9,171 nucleotides of DNA from Geosiphon pyriformis uo1 (lineage: Eukaryota; Fungi; Glomeromycota): the NCBI GenBank assembly GCA_016748015.1, contig JAAOMT010000619.1, positions 1 to 9,171 of the forward strand, read 5' to 3'. A program made the translations under genes and the position numbers. Positions within the stretch are counted from its first letter, which is position 1. Every line of letters starts with the position of its first letter. The notes under the pieces are model-generated. The model was not told the origin of the DNA. It saw only the letters and a list, made by a program, of their open reading frames with translations, and did no database searches. This document shows, one piece after another, positions 8,736 to 9,171 of this stretch.

Positions 8736-8785
8736 AATGTTATGGGTAAACTTGGTGGGTATGGAAAATGATAACATTTGGTGCT
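8729..8785. repeat. Perfect 15-bp inverted repeat (AGCACCAAATGTTAT / ATAACATTTGGTGCT) with 27-bp spacer, spanning the U5/PBS junction
   Basis: Arms 8729-8743 and 8771-8785 are exact reverse complements. Confidence 0.92.
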
Positions 8786-9171
8786 CTCAATTATTGATGA
8801 TGCATCTTCCACATAATTCTGTTGGCTTAATCTTGATTATCAGTCTCTGAAGGTTTATTCCTAGATGTGAATTCATTCATTGAGTTCTTTGGTTATAAGG
8901 CATAGAGTTTGTCTTTTGTCAATTGCAACATTTTTTCGTAAATATGAGCTTTCTTTTCCGAGCTAATAAGCGCAGTTGTTAGGGTCTGGCATTGTCTTTT
9001 CACCCTTCTGGTAAGCTAACAAGATAATGTTAATATCCAAAACTTAGGGGAAGCTTCCTTCTTTTACCAGATTATCACGAAGTCTATTCCCAGACAGTCA
9101 ATTTTACTATGTTGCTGCTCCACAAAAATAAGACAGAAAAAGAAAAAAAAAAAAAAAAAAAAAAAAAAAAA
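8738..9171 (-). repeat. 5' LTR, partial (U5 end; continues beyond window)
   Basis: Minus strand reads ...CCCATAACA-TT-TGGTGC: CA terminus, 2-nt spacer, then PBS. ATAACA is a near-perfect inverted repeat of the TGTTAC start of the other LTR. Direct-repeat identity of the two LTRs cannot be shown because the visible parts do not overlap. Confidence 0.8.
9143..9171 (+). repeat. Poly(A) tract (at least 29 nt) at window end, inside the 5' LTR
   Basis: Direct reading. Confidence 0.95.

Larger units (their letters stand above)
1..9171 (-). mobile_element. Degenerate Ty3/Gypsy (Metaviridae) LTR retrotransposon, complete internal region with both LTRs truncated by the window edges
   Basis: Minus-strand order gag-PR-(dUTPase)-RT-RNaseH-IN (IN after RH is the Ty3/Gypsy order); PBS next to an LTR end ...CA at 8738; PPT next to an LTR start TG... 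at 713. Confidence 0.96.

Noticed and set aside
8738-8776. 39-bp TGTTAT...ATAACA segment as a miniature LTR or MITE
   Set aside because: No second copy next to the PPT (the 3' LTR starts TGTTACTTGAG) and no target-site duplication; better explained as the U5/PBS hairpin
9143-9171. Poly(A) as a LINE or mRNA tail
   Set aside because: It is on the strand opposite to the coding strand and lies upstream of gag; the element has LTR-type RT, RNase H, IN, PBS and PPT

Overview
The window is almost entirely one inactivated Ty3/Gypsy (Metaviridae) LTR retrotransposon on the minus strand, in AT-rich eukaryotic DNA. The proteins resemble arbuscular-mycorrhizal (Glomeromycota, possibly Geosiphon-like) elements; this is recalled similarity, not a search result. 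Read 5'->3' on the minus strand: partial 5' LTR (9171..8738, ending ...ATAACA); tRNA-type PBS (8735..8718); a long ORF1 (Gag capsid + CCHC knuckle, aspartic protease, a Cys-rich multi-CxxC insert, dUTPase, reverse transcriptase, RNase H) stopping at 2922..2920; a separate ATG-initiated integrase ORF (2909..1542); a third 244-codon ORF of unknown function (1462..728), missed by the ORF track, whose stop overlaps the PPT; PPT (729..714); and a partial 3' LTR starting TGTTAC at 713 and containing a phased 10-bp/50-bp repeat array. All reading frames are broken by many C>T/G>A transitions (RT YLDD reads YLNN) but by only two frameshifts. Both window ends fall at poly(A) tracts inside the LTRs.
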